Assembly (NCBI GenBank): GCA_951406725.2
Contig: OX597820.1
Coordinates: 45,880,001 to 45,944,000 of the forward strand
Origin: Octopus vulgaris
Lineage: Eukaryota
Direction: 5' to 3'
Length of the DNA: 64,000 nucleotides
The position numbers and the translations under genes are program-made. This document shows, piece after piece, positions 1 to 13,496 of this stretch (positions are counted from its first letter, which is position 1; each line of letters starts with the position of its first letter). Under the pieces are notes generated by a model. That model was not told where the DNA came from and did no database searches. It saw only the letters and a program-made list of their open reading frames with translations.

Positions 1-67
1 TGGAGGCAATAAACTGATAAAGAAAGAGGCAAAAATGGTTTTGCTTGTGGCCAATGATCTTTCCCTC

Positions 68-367
68 TTAACTTGTAATGCCTGCAACCGTATTTGTTTC
101 TCTCATACCGAACTAGTTAGACGTAAGCGGAAGCACGTATTTAGGCTCACTACTGACTTTTCACAGTCATAACCTGATGAATTGTCTTGCTTTGTTTGGA
201 ATAAGATCTGCAGAAGTAGATCTGGGTTGACAAGGCACATGAAATGTCATAATAACAATTCCCAGCAGTCTTTACAGCGAAATGAAACATTTTCATGACG
301 TCTGTGTGGAAAAATTTGTAAATCTCTTGCTAGATTCAAGAATTATTTCCGGTCACATAACACGTAG
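68..367 (+). pseudogene. Three degenerate C2H2 zinc fingers in one frame, probably the C-terminus of an RTE-type LINE ORF
   Basis: One frame reads LTCNACNRICFSHTELVRRKRKH...*..SCFVWNKICRSRSGLTRHMKCH...FS*RLCGKICKSLARFKNYFRSHNT*. It has internal stops and lacks TGEKP linkers. Confidence 0.6.
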
Positions 368-528
368 ACAATCTCTAACCATCTTCTAGTAATTTTAAAC
401 TGTAAATATTCAGCTCCATACTACCTACAAATTTGTGTATTGTTATTTTTTTAACTAGTTTGGTGTGTGTGTACGCTGTCAATGCTGGAGTTGAGAAGTG
501 TCACACTCATTTAATGAGGCTACATCCA

Positions 529-529
<1 letters not shown>

Positions 530-559
<30 letters not shown>

Positions 560-577
560 CATACATACATACATACA

Positions 578-609
<32 letters not shown>

Positions 610-709
610 CACACACACACATACATACATACATGCATACATATATTCACGCATGCATACATACATGTATTCACGCATGCATACACACATACATACACAC
701 ATACACACA

Positions 710-757
<48 letters not shown>
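530..757. repeat. Compound (TACA)n/(CA)n/(TA)n microsatellite
   Basis: Directly visible. Confidence 0.95.
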
Positions 758-786
758 AGAAAAAAGCAGCAAGAATGGATTAGTTG

Positions 787-875
787 TTCAGTACAATTGT
801 TTCATACGAAGAACAGATTTATTAAAAGCTGCAAATATTGTATCAAATACAAGTGTCCCGTATTCATCAGCCAAA
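787..875 (-). ncRNA. Type I minimal hammerhead ribozyme with intact core and 50-nt loop II
   Basis: Minus strand reads UUUGG-CUGAUGA-AUACG-[50 nt]-CGUAU-GAAAC-AAUU-GUA^-CUGAA. Stem II is a perfect 5 bp, stem III is the palindrome ACAAUUGU, and stem I is 5 bp with two G-U pairs. Confidence 0.7.
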
Positions 876-1239
876 ACACATATGAGTTTTCCAAACATCC
901 TAGTGGGTGAGGCTACACTCATGAAGTATCGAAGAGAGTTCTATGAAAAGCAAAGTTAGATTGTAAGCAGACTTAAAATGTTCTCTAATGATGCACAGAT
1001 TTATAAAAGGTTTTTAAAAAAGTTTGTTAGCTTCACAGAAAAGGTAAATCCATCCATAATAATGCAGGTGTAATTTCCGGAGATATGAGGAGAGATATTA
1101 TTCTCTGAGATATAAGGAGAGATATTATATATATAACAACGAAAAAAACAGAGTACAGGACAAACAATACAAGGAAAATTCCCCTTCATCAGCTGCCCCT
1201 GGTTCGACTCAATGCGTGTTGTTTTCTTTTCTCCAAGTA

Positions 1240-1299
<60 letters not shown>

Positions 1300-2035
1300 C
1301 ACAAAAAAATAAGAGAGTGGTCAGTGACATGTATGTGAACAACATAGACAAATACAGGCATATCAAATACCATACAACATAAATTCTTGATTTATTTAAA
1401 CAGTTTCTGCCTCTTGATGATGTATCATAATTACCAATTGGCAACTGAGATCAGTTCGATATAAGAAAGGGAGATAATCTCAGGAATCAAGAATTCTCCA
1501 AAGTTGACATGCTATTAAGGCAAAGATAGAGTTATTTTCCGGAGATACGAGGACAGTTGTGGACACGCGTTTCTATCTCAATATGCATCATCTTCGTGTT
1601 CCCAACGAAGACTCAGGTGAAACTCCTGAGTAGCAGGAGACTATCTCGACCAAAATAAAAATATTATTAATCTCCACTATGGTGTTCAGTATTCTCTCTT
1701 CCAGTAATTCAACATGTTTAATGTTGAATGCATACATTATAAGTTAAGAGTAATAATGATTTTTAAAAAACAATTTGTAAACAGCCAGATATACCTGCAA
1801 CACCATTCGAAAGACCTAAAGACAAGATATCTCTTATTTAGTTCAGACAAATATAATGGACATTTCTTACAACCAGAACCAGATTTATACAGACGAAAAG
1901 GAGCAATTTGCTCCTGGTTCTCTTGTCAGAGGGGTCCCTCAATCTCGAGACAAGTTCGATGAATTGAAGGCAAGTTTTCTTAATTTGTAGCATGTCTGTT
2001 TAAAAATTGGCGGGTAAGTCTAACGAATTCTTTAA

Positions 2036-2251
2036 TACAGGGTGTCCACAAAAACACTCGGTTGCGTTGCTGTGGGGTGATGGCCATCTTTGGTTTCCTT
2101 GCGTTCACGTCAAAGATGGTAAATCATCTGAAAATAAGAGAAAAATATTATTGTTAGGGAATCTGTGGACTCTATATTTATCAGAATATTTGAATTACTT
2201 TAGATATCATAGTCATGAAATCAGGGAATGTTTTTGTGGACACCCAGTGTA
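2036..2251. mobile_element. Tc1/mariner-type MITE (about 215 bp)
   Basis: Left end TA-CAGGGTGTCCACAAAAACA. Right end TGTTTTTGTGGACACCC(ag)TG-TA. No ORF. Confidence 0.7.
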
Positions 2252-2769
2252 TGACATCATTTCCTTGATTTGGTACATTTTAATCTAAGCTATTTGTACA
2301 TTTTACTAAACTCCTTGGAAGCCGAACCAACAGCTTGTTAGTTTTAACATTTATATATAACATTTAATATTCGTATATTTTATGTATATTTCTATGTAAC
2401 ATTTATATATTTGCATTTATGTATAACTGGTCAGGGATCTTTTTTGCATTTAACATTTCTATGTACATAAATATGACTCGTCAATTCCTCCTGCATGCAA
2501 TAAACGGACTTTGATGTGTAAATAACGGTGATTTGCATGTATTTTAATTTTTGTGTATGAAGGTCTCAACATAACTGACAGGCCTTGCAAAATCTAAAAC
2601 TGGCTCTGCTTACAGCATTATTCTATACATACTATCTTCTTTATTCAGTTAAGACAAAAATAATAATGATATGAGAACTTACTGATTAGCAGACACTGGA
2701 AGAAAAATCAGGCTCTATGTTCAGTACCATCCAAAAGATTATCTTACTTCTTATTTAGTTCGTGCAAAC

Positions 2770-3215
2770 ATAATCCTTTCTACTATAGACACAATGACTG
2801 AAATTTTGAGAGAAGGGGTTAGTCGATTATATCGACCCCTGTGCTCAACTGGGACTAATATTTATCGACCCTGATGAAAAGGAAAGTCGGCATCGGCGGA
2901 ACTTGAACACGGAACGTAAAGAGTTGGAAGAAATGCCGCTAAATATTTTATCCAAGTCATCAGCAATTGTGCCAGCTCGCTTCTTAAATGCCAGGATTAA
3001 TAATTCTGTCTATTATAGGCACAAGGTCTGAAATTTTTGTGGAGAGTGCTAATCGATTACGTTGACTCTAGTGCTTAACGGCTACTAATTTTTATCGACC
3101 CCGAAATGGATGAAAAGCAAAGTCAATCTCGGCGGGAATTTGAACCCAGGACGTAAAGAGCCGGAAGAAATGTAGTTGAGCATTTTTGTCCGGCGCGGTA
3201 ACGATTCTGTCGAAC
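2770..3215 (-). mobile_element. Two degraded copies of tRNA-derived SINE family A
   Basis: Match the recurrent motif ATCGACCCCGAAAGGATGAAAGGCAAAGTCGACCTCGGCGGAATTTGAAC. Further copies lie near 7275-7655, 14848-15012, 23410-23560, 33400-33617, 54350-54897, 57540-57763 and 61165-61352. Confidence 0.8.
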
Positions 3216-3252
3216 CCACTGATTAACAGGAATAGCATGGGTAGTGATGATG

Positions 3253-3296
<44 letters not shown>

Positions 3297-3467
3297 ATGT
3301 GCACAATTTGTCCTACACGATTAACCACAGTTCATATACCACGTGCGCAGATATACAATACGGAGAGTGATATAGTATATCACTGGAGAGCAGGCTGTAT
3401 GGATCACACCCAAGGCTTTCTAGCAGCTAATTATATGGCAATGGGTCTGCTCGAGGGCTGCGCTAAA

Positions 3468-4364
3468 CCACCACCACTACCACCACCACCACCACCACCA
3501 CCACCACCACCACCACCACCACCACCACCACCACCTCCAACAACAACAACATCAACAATAAAACCAAGGTTGTTGCCACCGATTTTACTGTCAAGAACCG
3601 TAATCAAGAAATGTCAAACGGCTTTACACAGTTCTTCACAAACCATTTTGAAAGCCTGGCATTTGATAGTCTCTTTTACAATATTACTATTGTTATTGGT
3701 ATTGTTTTTGTTATCGTTCTTGTTATTGTTGAAGTTGCAGATATTGTTCGTGGTAGTGATGATTGGTCTCCCAGTGAAGATAGAAATAGGTGTGCGCATA
3801 GTGATGATGATGATGATGATGATGATGGCAACAGTGGTGGCAACTGGTGACAGTGCTCGTGGTGGTGATGGTGGTGGTGGTGGTGGGGGTTTAGGAGACA
3901 ACAAAAAAATTAGGGATAAAGAGGAGGCCTATTAAAACGAGATTAAAGACAATATCACAACAACGGAGAATCTCCATCACCGCAGCGCAGCCACCGACCA
4001 TCACCACCACTACCACCACCACCACCACTACCACCACCATCATCATCACCATCATCATCATTACTACCGCCTTTGTCGTTATTATTTACCATCAGCAAAA
4101 TCGCTGTAATAGAACTGGGACGTCACCATCAATGCACCGTCGCCCTACGTCACATTATCCCCCATCCCCACTCCTCATCACCCCACCCCAGGCCGCATGA
4201 CGATACCAAACACACTACACTATCATCACCACCACCAAAACCATCACCATCGCCATCAGCATCACTACTATATCAAGAAAACTACCACGATCACCATCAC
4301 CATGTTACCATCCTCATATATGACCACCATACTCCTCCTCCTCCTCCTCCTCCTCCTCCTCCTC

Positions 4365-4403
<39 letters not shown>

Positions 4404-4559
4404 GTTGTAATAGATATTACTGCTACGTCTGTTAATTGTGTATTGAGTTAGTAGTATTAGTAGTAGTAGTGGCTATAGTAGTGGTGGTAGTGGTGGTGGT
4501 GGTGGTAGTAGTAGTGGTGATAGTTGTGGCAGAAGTAGTAGTAGTAATAGTAGTAGACG

Positions 4560-4590
<31 letters not shown>

Positions 4591-4635
4591 GGTGGTTGTA
4601 GCGGTAGTAGCAGTAGTGGTTGTGATGCTGAGTGA
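3468..4635. repeat. Cluster of trinucleotide repeats (CCA, CAT, GAT, GGT, CCT, CTA, GTA)
   Basis: Directly visible; source of the poly-P/poly-L/poly-V ORFs. Confidence 0.9.
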
Positions 4636-4853
4636 CTAAAGAGAGAGTGTCATTGTAAGTTTAAAAAAAGAAAGGGGGGAGGGTGGAGAGAGGGAAGGAG
4701 AGAAGGAAAGGATTGAACTGAAGGAAAGCAGACGAAATATGTGGGAAGTGGTGGCAATGATCCTTCCGTCTATCAGAGAATGTTAAAATGCCTTGTTTAT
4801 CGATTATACTTGTCATCCTAAATTGACTACGACATGACGGAGTGGTGGTGGAG

Positions 4854-4908
<55 letters not shown>

Positions 4909-5034
4909 TGTGTGTCTGTGTGCGTGTGCGTGTGATGATGGTGTAGTTTGTAGTCAGGTATCGAGTTACTTACTGGTCTGTGGTAGACGTAGGTGGTAGT
5001 GGCGGCGATAGTATTATGGAGTTGGTTAGTCAAA

Positions 5035-5310
5035 GGCACGTGGCTTAGTGGTTAGGGTATTCGGCTCTTGATCGTAAGGTCGTGAGTTCGATACCCGATG
5101 GCGCGTTGCGTCCTTGAGCAAAACACTTTATTTCACGTTGCTCTAGTCCATTCAGCTGGCAAAAATGAACAGTACCTGCATTTCAAAAGGCCAGCCTTGT
5201 CACGTTCTGTATCATGCTGGACATCCCGGAGAGAACTACGTCAAGGAGTATTCAGCCACTTGCACGTTAATTTCATGACCGGATCGGATCAACAAACGGA
5301 GTGCCAGTTA
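5035..5310 (+). mobile_element. tRNA-derived SINE family C
   Basis: A box TGGCTTAGTGG and B box GAGTTCGATACC, followed by CCTTGAGCAAAACACTTTATTTCACGTTGCTC as in 49277-49612. Confidence 0.75.
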
Positions 5311-5479
5311 TGAAGTTTCTTAGTGGATGTCATGTGTGTGTGTGTGTGTGTGTGTGACAGAGAAAGAGAGAAAAAGAGGGAGAGAGAAGGAAAGAGAGAG
5401 AGAGAGAGAAAGACTGAGAGAGGGAGACAGAGGAAGTATGTGTGTGTATCGAAGCATCCTTGGTCCAAGCGTAAGCACT

Positions 5480-7160
5480 GCGGGTATTAATATTTTGGTG
5501 CGTCAGAGAGGCCTTAGTGATGGTTTACACACTCGAGTAATGACCAGTGCGGAGCAACATCCCGACCACCGCCTTATCTGCTGATAACTCAATCTTCATT
5601 TCAAACCTAAGCCAGAGAGAAGAGGCTTTCCAAGAATGACACTTTTGATTAGTGACCCGCAGTCTATTGAAGTAGGAGCTGATAACCAAGCGAATATTCA
5701 ATCAAGGCTTGAGAACTCTAACTTCCCCCCAAATTCCTCTCCAGAAGCGCTTTGGGAACATTAAAAAAAAAAATCCCATCATATTGCAGTCCTCTGAGGT
5801 TCTAGGGATTGCAATATATAAAGTCATTGTATTAGCAACTCTCCGCTAACGTTCCGAGTTTCAGGATACCCAATGTTTCAGGACACCCCTACAAATTTTG
5901 GAATGTTTTCACCAGGCTATTCTCAACCCCCTCTGGAATGTCTTTCCTACCAATACTGAAGAACTCAACATGTGGAAGTCACTAGCAACGAGGCCATGCT
6001 GTTGAAGTCGAAGGACTGCACGTAATGAACAGGGACTGATTCGGTGAATACAACTTGAATACAATCTGAGAACAGATCTGGAAACAGATCTGTCCATAAG
6101 CTGCATCTTGGCATTTTACTCAGCCAGTTTATTCTACTAAAAAAAGCAGTCTTCCGGTTTTTGTCCAGTGAGTTTCAGTGCAGATTTCGTGAAATCCAGA
6201 ACATGCGGTGACCCAACTCCGTAAAGAGTTTTGTGTCCAGTTCGATGACTGTAGAAGGTTTTATAAGACTCCGAAGTCGGTGAGTGTTGCGCTATACACT
6301 CTTCACAGACAAGGCGTCCACATAAAACATTTGTAAGAATGGGAGCACGCCGTTGCACATTCAAACTTCACGAATTCTTTGTCTGATGCTGGAAACAAGG
6401 TAAATGACTACAAAACTTTTGTGATGCCATTATCATCACCCAGTATAAAACAAAGACTCCGACTATCTCGAGATAGTTCTGCTTTTTATCGCAAGAAAAA
6501 TCCTCGCAAAAAATACTTCTGAGCTAATTGATAGCCGTTACTGCAGAGAACACATGCCAGAAAGCTAGTATGGAATGAGAGGCAAAAGGAGCACTATCGA
6601 TATGAAATTAACTCTTAAGGAGCTCCAAGAAAAATGCAGATAACAGAACCAAGTACCGTAAGTAAAGTTTGTAAACTTAGCAAAGCATTCAACATTGAAT
6701 AGAGAAGCTATGTGGAAAATCATAGGGCTAATGGGATGCTTCCACCCGAAATCTTCGATCTGGTCACTCAGTTACATGATGATCCGCCGCGCAAAGTCAA
6801 ACACAATAATGACTTCTCAGTGTCCCCCAGTAGGAGAAAGATGTAAATCAGGGTTATATCGTGCAGCCTATCTCTCATCGTCAGCACTATGTTCGTAGAG
6901 CCTCCGAAGACTTTAATGAGGAGAGTCTCTCCATACCTGTTCGACACGAGGCGACTACAGTTCCACATAAAAACAGTGGAATAACTCATTAGGAAGGAAC
7001 TCTCTACCAACAATGCTGCTCTTGTTGTCAAGGAGAGACAGTTCTGCAGCGTATAACATCCCGTTTCGTAGAGGATGCCCAAACTCTTCGGATTAGAAAT
7101 CAGTTTGAAAAAAAAAAAACGTTCTCCACCCTCAGCGTCTGAGGAACACTCAGTCACTTA
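5480..7160 (+). mobile_element. Fragmented RTE-clade LINE remnants
   Basis: Endonuclease end (PDHRLI, about 5560), 3' region (AIYKVIVLATL; LQILECFHQ; TSNEAMLLKS, 5810-6025) and RT piece (SKAF..LNREAMWKII..GC, about 6680). Many stops and frameshifts. Confidence 0.6.
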
Positions 7161-8272
7161 GATAGTAATCCAATGAAATAGTAGTTCAGTTGACTGAACA
7201 ACTGAATAATCATTGGGGAAACCTAGTGAGATCCATTTAGTCATTATTACACAACAGATCGTCACGTAACTTTCTGTTTTTCTAATTTTGGCACAAGATC
7301 AGCAATGTTGAGGAGAAGGGGATAAGCTTCAGTGCTCAACTGGTCATTATTTTATCAACAGCAAAAGGTTGAAAGGGAAAGTAAACCTCGGCAGAATTTG
7401 AACCAAGAACATAAAGAGCCGGAAGAAATGTCGCAAAGCATTTTGTCCTGCTTCTAATTTTGGCAGAAGGTTAGCAGTTTTGGGGGGATGGGAGTAAGCT
7501 CCAGTGCTCAACTGGTCGTTATTCTATCATCCACAAAAGGTTGAAAGGCAAAGTAAACCTCGGCGGAATTTGAACTCAAAACGTAAAGAGCCGGAAGAAA
7601 AGCCGCTAAGTATTTTGTCCGGCGTGCTTAACGATTCTGCTAGCCCACGGCCTTAGACTGTTACGTAATACATAAGTAATACATACGTAAGTCTGTAGGA
7701 TGATGAGCTCCAGGCCTAGCATTGATCACGGGATTGATCAAAGCAATAGTAACAAGCACCATCTGGTACAACACCAATTACAGTACCAAAAAAAAAAAAA
7801 AGCAAAAATACCGACAGCAATATAAGCGATAACAACAACAGTAACAACGACACGATAAATAAGTTCTGCTGCATTTACTACGAACATAAGCACAACAACA
7901 ATCAAAAATACGTAAATTGCCTAAATGAGCTCGATGACAACAGCAGCAAATAAAACTGTGATCTCTCCACCACCACTAGCACTACCACCAGCACCACAAC
8001 AACAACAACAACAACAACAACAACCACAACGCACAGAAAGAAAACAACGATGCAACAACAATAATAGCCAGCGATAAGTAGAGGAATTGCTCAACAATAA
8101 CAACAGTAACAATAATGAAAAGTAAGAAGATGACCTACAGAGATAGTCCAATTTAGGGGATGTTCTGACATTTCACTGGAATTACTTGGTCTGTCTTTAA
8201 CATCATTACAGAGGCGTATGTGCGCGTGGGTATGCTGTATGCATATTTGTGTGCGTGTGCATATGTGCATGT

Positions 8273-8344
<72 letters not shown>

Positions 8345-8741
8345 ATATACATATATATGTATATATAAAGATATATATTATACATAATACTATATACATA
8401 CGTGGCACACATATATGCATATGCACACATATATGTCTATCTGTATGTGTACACATACTCAGATAAACAGATAAACAGATAGATAAATAGATAGATAGAT
8501 AGATAGATAGAAAGATAGATAGATAGATAGACGGACAGAGGGAGAGGGACAGAGAGAGGATGTGACAGAGAAAGAATGAGAAGCTTATACACACGTCTGT
8601 GTATATCTACATGCATGTATACATACACGTATAAAGATATATATATATATACATAATATATATTATATATATATATATACATAATATATATATATACATA
8701 ATATATATATATAATATATGTATATAATATATAATATATAT

Positions 8742-8786
<45 letters not shown>

Positions 8787-8830
8787 TATATTATATTATA
8801 TTATATTATATACATATATTATATATATAT

Positions 8831-8883
<53 letters not shown>

Positions 8884-8910
8884 TATATTATATATATATT
8901 AATATATTAT

Positions 8911-10330
8911 AAACTTGGAGAGTGGCTGCACAACTTCCTAAAAGATAGAAGACAGGCAGTTGTGTCCAATGGAGCCACCTCCAAGGAAACACAAATAACA
9001 AGCGGTGTTCCACAGGGCACTGTCTTGGGGCCACTGCTGTTCATAGTGGTCCTTTCAGACATGCCTTTAGTTGCTAAGATGGCCACCCTTGCTAGCTATG
9101 CAGATGACACAAAAGTCTCTCAGACAATACAAAACCCTGGAAATATTGCACATCTGCAACGGGAGTTGGATACAATATACAGGTGGGCTGAGGACAACAA
9201 CATGCAGTTTAATGCAAGCCCTGCGCTACCGGCACACAAAGGTGAACGACATGCAGACCGGATACACTGGCCCGGGAAGAATTGTAATTCCTGAGTCAAA
9301 ATCAGTGCTTGACCTGGGCATTGACATGAGCAATGATGCATCTTTCCAATTGCATATTACTAATTTGGTAATAAAATGCAGACGGCTAGCTGGATAGACT
9401 CTCCGAACTTTCAGAACAAGAGAGGAGACACTGATGGTCCTTTGGAAGACATTCGTTCTCAGCCACTTGGACTACTGCTCCCAACTATGGTCACTACACA
9501 ATATAAAGTTAAGAGCAGAACTCGAAGCAATCCAACGAAGCTACACTAAGAAGATCGTCTCAGTGCAACATATCAGCTACTGGGAAAGACCGAAAGTATT
9601 AAAACTCTTCTCCCTGGAGCGAAGGCGGGTGAGATATGCAGTGATATACATGTGGAAAATCCTGGAGGGTCTTGTCCCGAATTTTGGCATTCAAAGTTAC
9701 CCCAACAGCAAAACGGAGAGCCACTGCACGGTGCCAAAGATCCCAACATCACCATCAAAATACAGGACCAGATACTGCTGCTCCTTGTGGTCTCTCCATA
9801 CAAAACAAAACATCTCAAAACCTGAATCACCACAGAGGGCACTCACTAAACGAATTGAAGTCATGACTGATCTCAATTACTGAGACTGCCTTAAAGCCTT
9901 GAAACTCTACTCTCTCCAGCGCCGCCGCGAGCGGCACATCATTTGCCCAAACGACCTGAACATTAGTTTCAAGGTTCATCCAAGGCTGGGACCACGGGTC
10001 ATACGTCCCCTGCCCAATTCAGGATCACAACATATAGGTACAATGCGACACAATTTCTTTCCCTCAACAGGCCTGTCCTGTTTAACATTGTCCCAAAACT
10101 GATCAAAGAAGAAAAGGATCCCATCACCTTTAAACGGAGTCTGGACAGATTTCTTCAAGGAATACCAGACAAGTCACCCATACCTGGATACAACTCACTC
10201 AACAAGAACTCACTACTTGAATGGACCATAAACAAAACTTGACTAAAAAAAAAAGGATTTAGATAATCCTATCAGGTGATGCTGTTAGGTTAGACATGGC
10301 CTGGAGCAATCTTTGGTCGAAACATATCTA
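8911..10330 (+). mobile_element. 5'-truncated CR1/L2-like LINE RT pseudogene with chimeric double C-terminus
   Basis: WLHNFLKDRRQAVV, SGVPQGTVLGPLLF, YADDTK, DLGI, HLDYCSQLWS, LKLFSLERRR. A second YCCSLWS...LKLYSLQRRRER block follows from 9773. Confidence 0.85.
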
Positions 10331-10443
10331 AGTTTATCTAAGTTTTATATATATATATATGACTATACTTGCATTCCTAGACACACATACGCACACACAG
10401 ATACAGACACTCATGTTCACACACATATACATACGTACATGTA

Positions 10444-10594
<151 letters not shown>

Positions 10595-11589
10595 CCCCTT
10601 CTCTCTCTGTATACCCACACGCACGCGCACACTCACACATAAACATGAGAAGTTACGCAGTAAATAGAGTTGATAATAATAATGACTTCTTACATAACAC
10701 AAATACTGAGGGAAGTATACGATGTTAATCCCGTGACTGACTAGTTCGTCATTCGACTCGGAAAGCTGGAGGGCATAGTTGACTGGTGAAATTTGAAATG
10801 TGAAGGGACGTCATCGAAACAAATTTTCCACCGAAATTACGGAGTATTTACCTCATCATATTTTGACACGACTGTGTTCTGTATTTATACGGTAGTTTTA
10901 AATTGGTATTAAACATTTGATGAAAAAACGGTCTGTAAATACTATTTATATTTGATAATGTATTTAGATATAATGTCTAGGAATGAAAGTAGTGTAATAA
11001 GAAGGCTGTGATGTACATTGAAGAAAACAGGAGGAAGTATGTTGACAGAAATGAAGAGCAAGGGAGAGATAAAGAAATATGCAAACATGGAAATATGACA
11101 AAGGAAGAAAAAGGGAAAATAATCTAATCAGTGGCATTACTGTCGTTTATCGTGAAGCATATAACAATAAACTTCACAAAACAGGCGGCGTATGTCAGAG
11201 GGAGGTGGCTCAAGAGCAAAGAAAGAATAAGGCTGACTTCAAGTGAATACAAAGAGTCGATAAGTAGCTTTTATTAGAGGGGAGTGTGGAAACTAATAAG
11301 AAAATGAAAGATTCAATGCATACAGATAGAAAGGAGCAGGAAAGTGGCAAGTAAAAAGATTTAAAATAGGGGTGAGAAATTGATTAGTATATAAATAAAT
11401 GAATGAAATACAATAAATGTTCTTGAATAAATAAAATATAATAAACTAGAATAAAATAAAATATATCAATAAAACACAATTAATACAATACACTTAAATC
11501 TGATGAAGTACAATAAAATAAAATACAATTAAAAAAATGATAATAAAATAAAGCAAAATACTATGAAATGTTATAAAGGAAAGTACAGT

Positions 11590-12230
11590 AGTATCGTACT
11601 CACGATTCAACAGACAGATTCGAGTTCATTTACTAATACTGAGTTTCCATTCTTGTGTGAAATTCATTTGTTCAACACTGAGTCGCCAAATGATTTTTGG
11701 CTCTAAATGCGGCATTTGAAGGAGAAGTATAGATATTTAAAGGGTATTCATCGGACTTCAAAGAACTTTCAAAGGATCGAAGTATTTCAAGCAACTTCTG
11801 GAAAAATTTCGAAGAAATTCCAAAGAAATTTCATCAACAGAATTGCCCTGTAATTAGAGTGTATACAAAATAAGTTTCTTACTATAAACTTGTTTTGGTG
11901 ACGGCATTTCGAAATTAGCTCATAACTTGAATTAACCAAGTTGGTGGGGGACGTTACAATGAAATTTTTTTCGCTGGAGCATAATCAACATGGTCCAGAT
12001 CCACTGACCATGATATATTAAATATTTTATGGAATCTTCATCTTTTAGTTGGCATACATGGTGTAAAAGAGAGACAATGTTCTTTTTTTTTCGGGCTCTA
12101 AAAGATAATGTGTAATGTATGTATTATCTCTCAAATATTCTATTACGCTTAAATAAAATGGTTCCTTTCGGTCCACCAACATCACCATAGCACAGTAAAC
12201 CAACTCCTTGGAAGAACAAAGTGAACATAT
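11590..12230 (-). mobile_element. Highly degraded Penelope-like element fragment
   Basis: Weak remnants (SDEYPLNI; terminal CLLNRE), followed on the minus strand by a pyrimidine-rich tail. Confidence 0.3.
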
Positions 12231-12247
12231 ATAGTTATATATATAAG

Positions 12248-12283
<36 letters not shown>

Positions 12284-12298
12284 TAATATATATATATA

Positions 12299-12348
<50 letters not shown>

Positions 12349-12380
12349 TGAATATATATATAAGTGAATATATATATAAG

Positions 12381-12414
<34 letters not shown>

Positions 12415-12415
<1 letters not shown>

Positions 12416-13072
12416 AAGAGAAATGGAAAATAGAGTCAAACGTACAAGATGTTATTTAAATCATCTATATCACCGGCATTTATGTTTCGATGGATGCATT
12501 AAAATTAATCGGGGAGGGAAAATGAGGTGGAATAGTGTAACAATCTCACCAGGGCGAAGATTATAAATAACAGTGTTTATTAATAAGCCATTTTTACAAA
12601 TGTAAGAAATTATGATATGTAATATATATATAAAAAAAGGCGGATAGAGAACGCTAGTAATTTTAAAATATTGTTAAGAAATTTGATGTCATAAGACGAG
12701 AGAGGAAGAGAAAGAAAAGAGAAAGAAAATTAAAGAAGTAATGGAAGAATAAACAAATGGAAAGGTGAATGACAAATGGATAGAAATGATAAAGGAAAGA
12801 ATGAGATGTGTAGAAAGAAAAGAATAAAGTGAAAGTTACAGATACTATTAGGCAAAGGGGGCAGATATTATTTGATATAGCTGAAAGTGTGTTTTTTCCA
12901 ATGCAAACACCAGTAAACACTTTCTTTATAGATGTTGACAAATGTGTGTTTGGAAAAAAGGATAAATAGTTGTTCGTCCGTACAAAGAGGGCAAAAAGAT
13001 CTTGACAAAATTTTCCAGTCCAAAGAAAATTGCTTATTACAGTCTTTGAGATGCCAAATTAGTTTACTAAAA
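12415..13072 (-). mobile_element. Penelope-like element 3' end: GIY-YIG C-terminal region plus pLTR with degenerate HHR
   Basis: SKLIWHLKD...WKILS..CPLCTDEQLFIL...VN..KE...CLH..KH matches the PLE C-terminal pattern. An HHR-like motif lies at 12470-12557. Confidence 0.7.
12470..12557 (-). ncRNA. Degenerate type I hammerhead (two core substitutions)
   Basis: UCGCC-CUGGUGA-GAU-[long loop]-AUC-GAAAC-AUAAAU-GCC-GGUGA. The A6G and GUC>GCC changes predict inactivity. Confidence 0.55.
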
Positions 13073-13245
13073 CACACCGATGCTGGTGTGTTTACGTCCC
13101 CGTAACTTAGCGGTTCGGCAGAAAGAGATCGATAGGATAAGTATTAGGCTTACAAAGAATAAGTCCTGGTCTCGATTTGCTCGACTAAAGGCAGTGCTCC
13201 AGCATGGCCGCAGTCAAATGACTGAAACGAATAAAAGAATAAAAG

Positions 13246-13284
<39 letters not shown>

Positions 13285-13287
<3 letters not shown>

Positions 13288-13316
13288 TGAATTGAAGAAA
13301 TTTCTTCAATTCACCA
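13285..13316. repeat. Perfect 32-bp palindrome at the end of a short element in (TA)n
   Basis: TGGTGAATTGAAGAAA|TTTCTTCAATTCACCA. Confidence 0.9.
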
Positions 13317-13496
13317 ATAATGTTCTAATTTCAATTATCCGCACCAACGCACGGTTGCAACACCATATGGTTGTACCTCCAACCGTGCTGTTTTACTGCT
13401 GTGATTTTTGCTACTAAGGTATCGTTTAAACTTTTGATTAATCTACTACAAGATTATTCATCTTTCTATTTCACATTATATATATATATATATATC

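Noticed and set aside
3186-3935. 249-aa ORF with poly-Pro and an apparent transmembrane segment
   Set aside because: It starts in a SINE and is built from GT, CCA, TTG, GAT and GGT repeats, with no domain signature.
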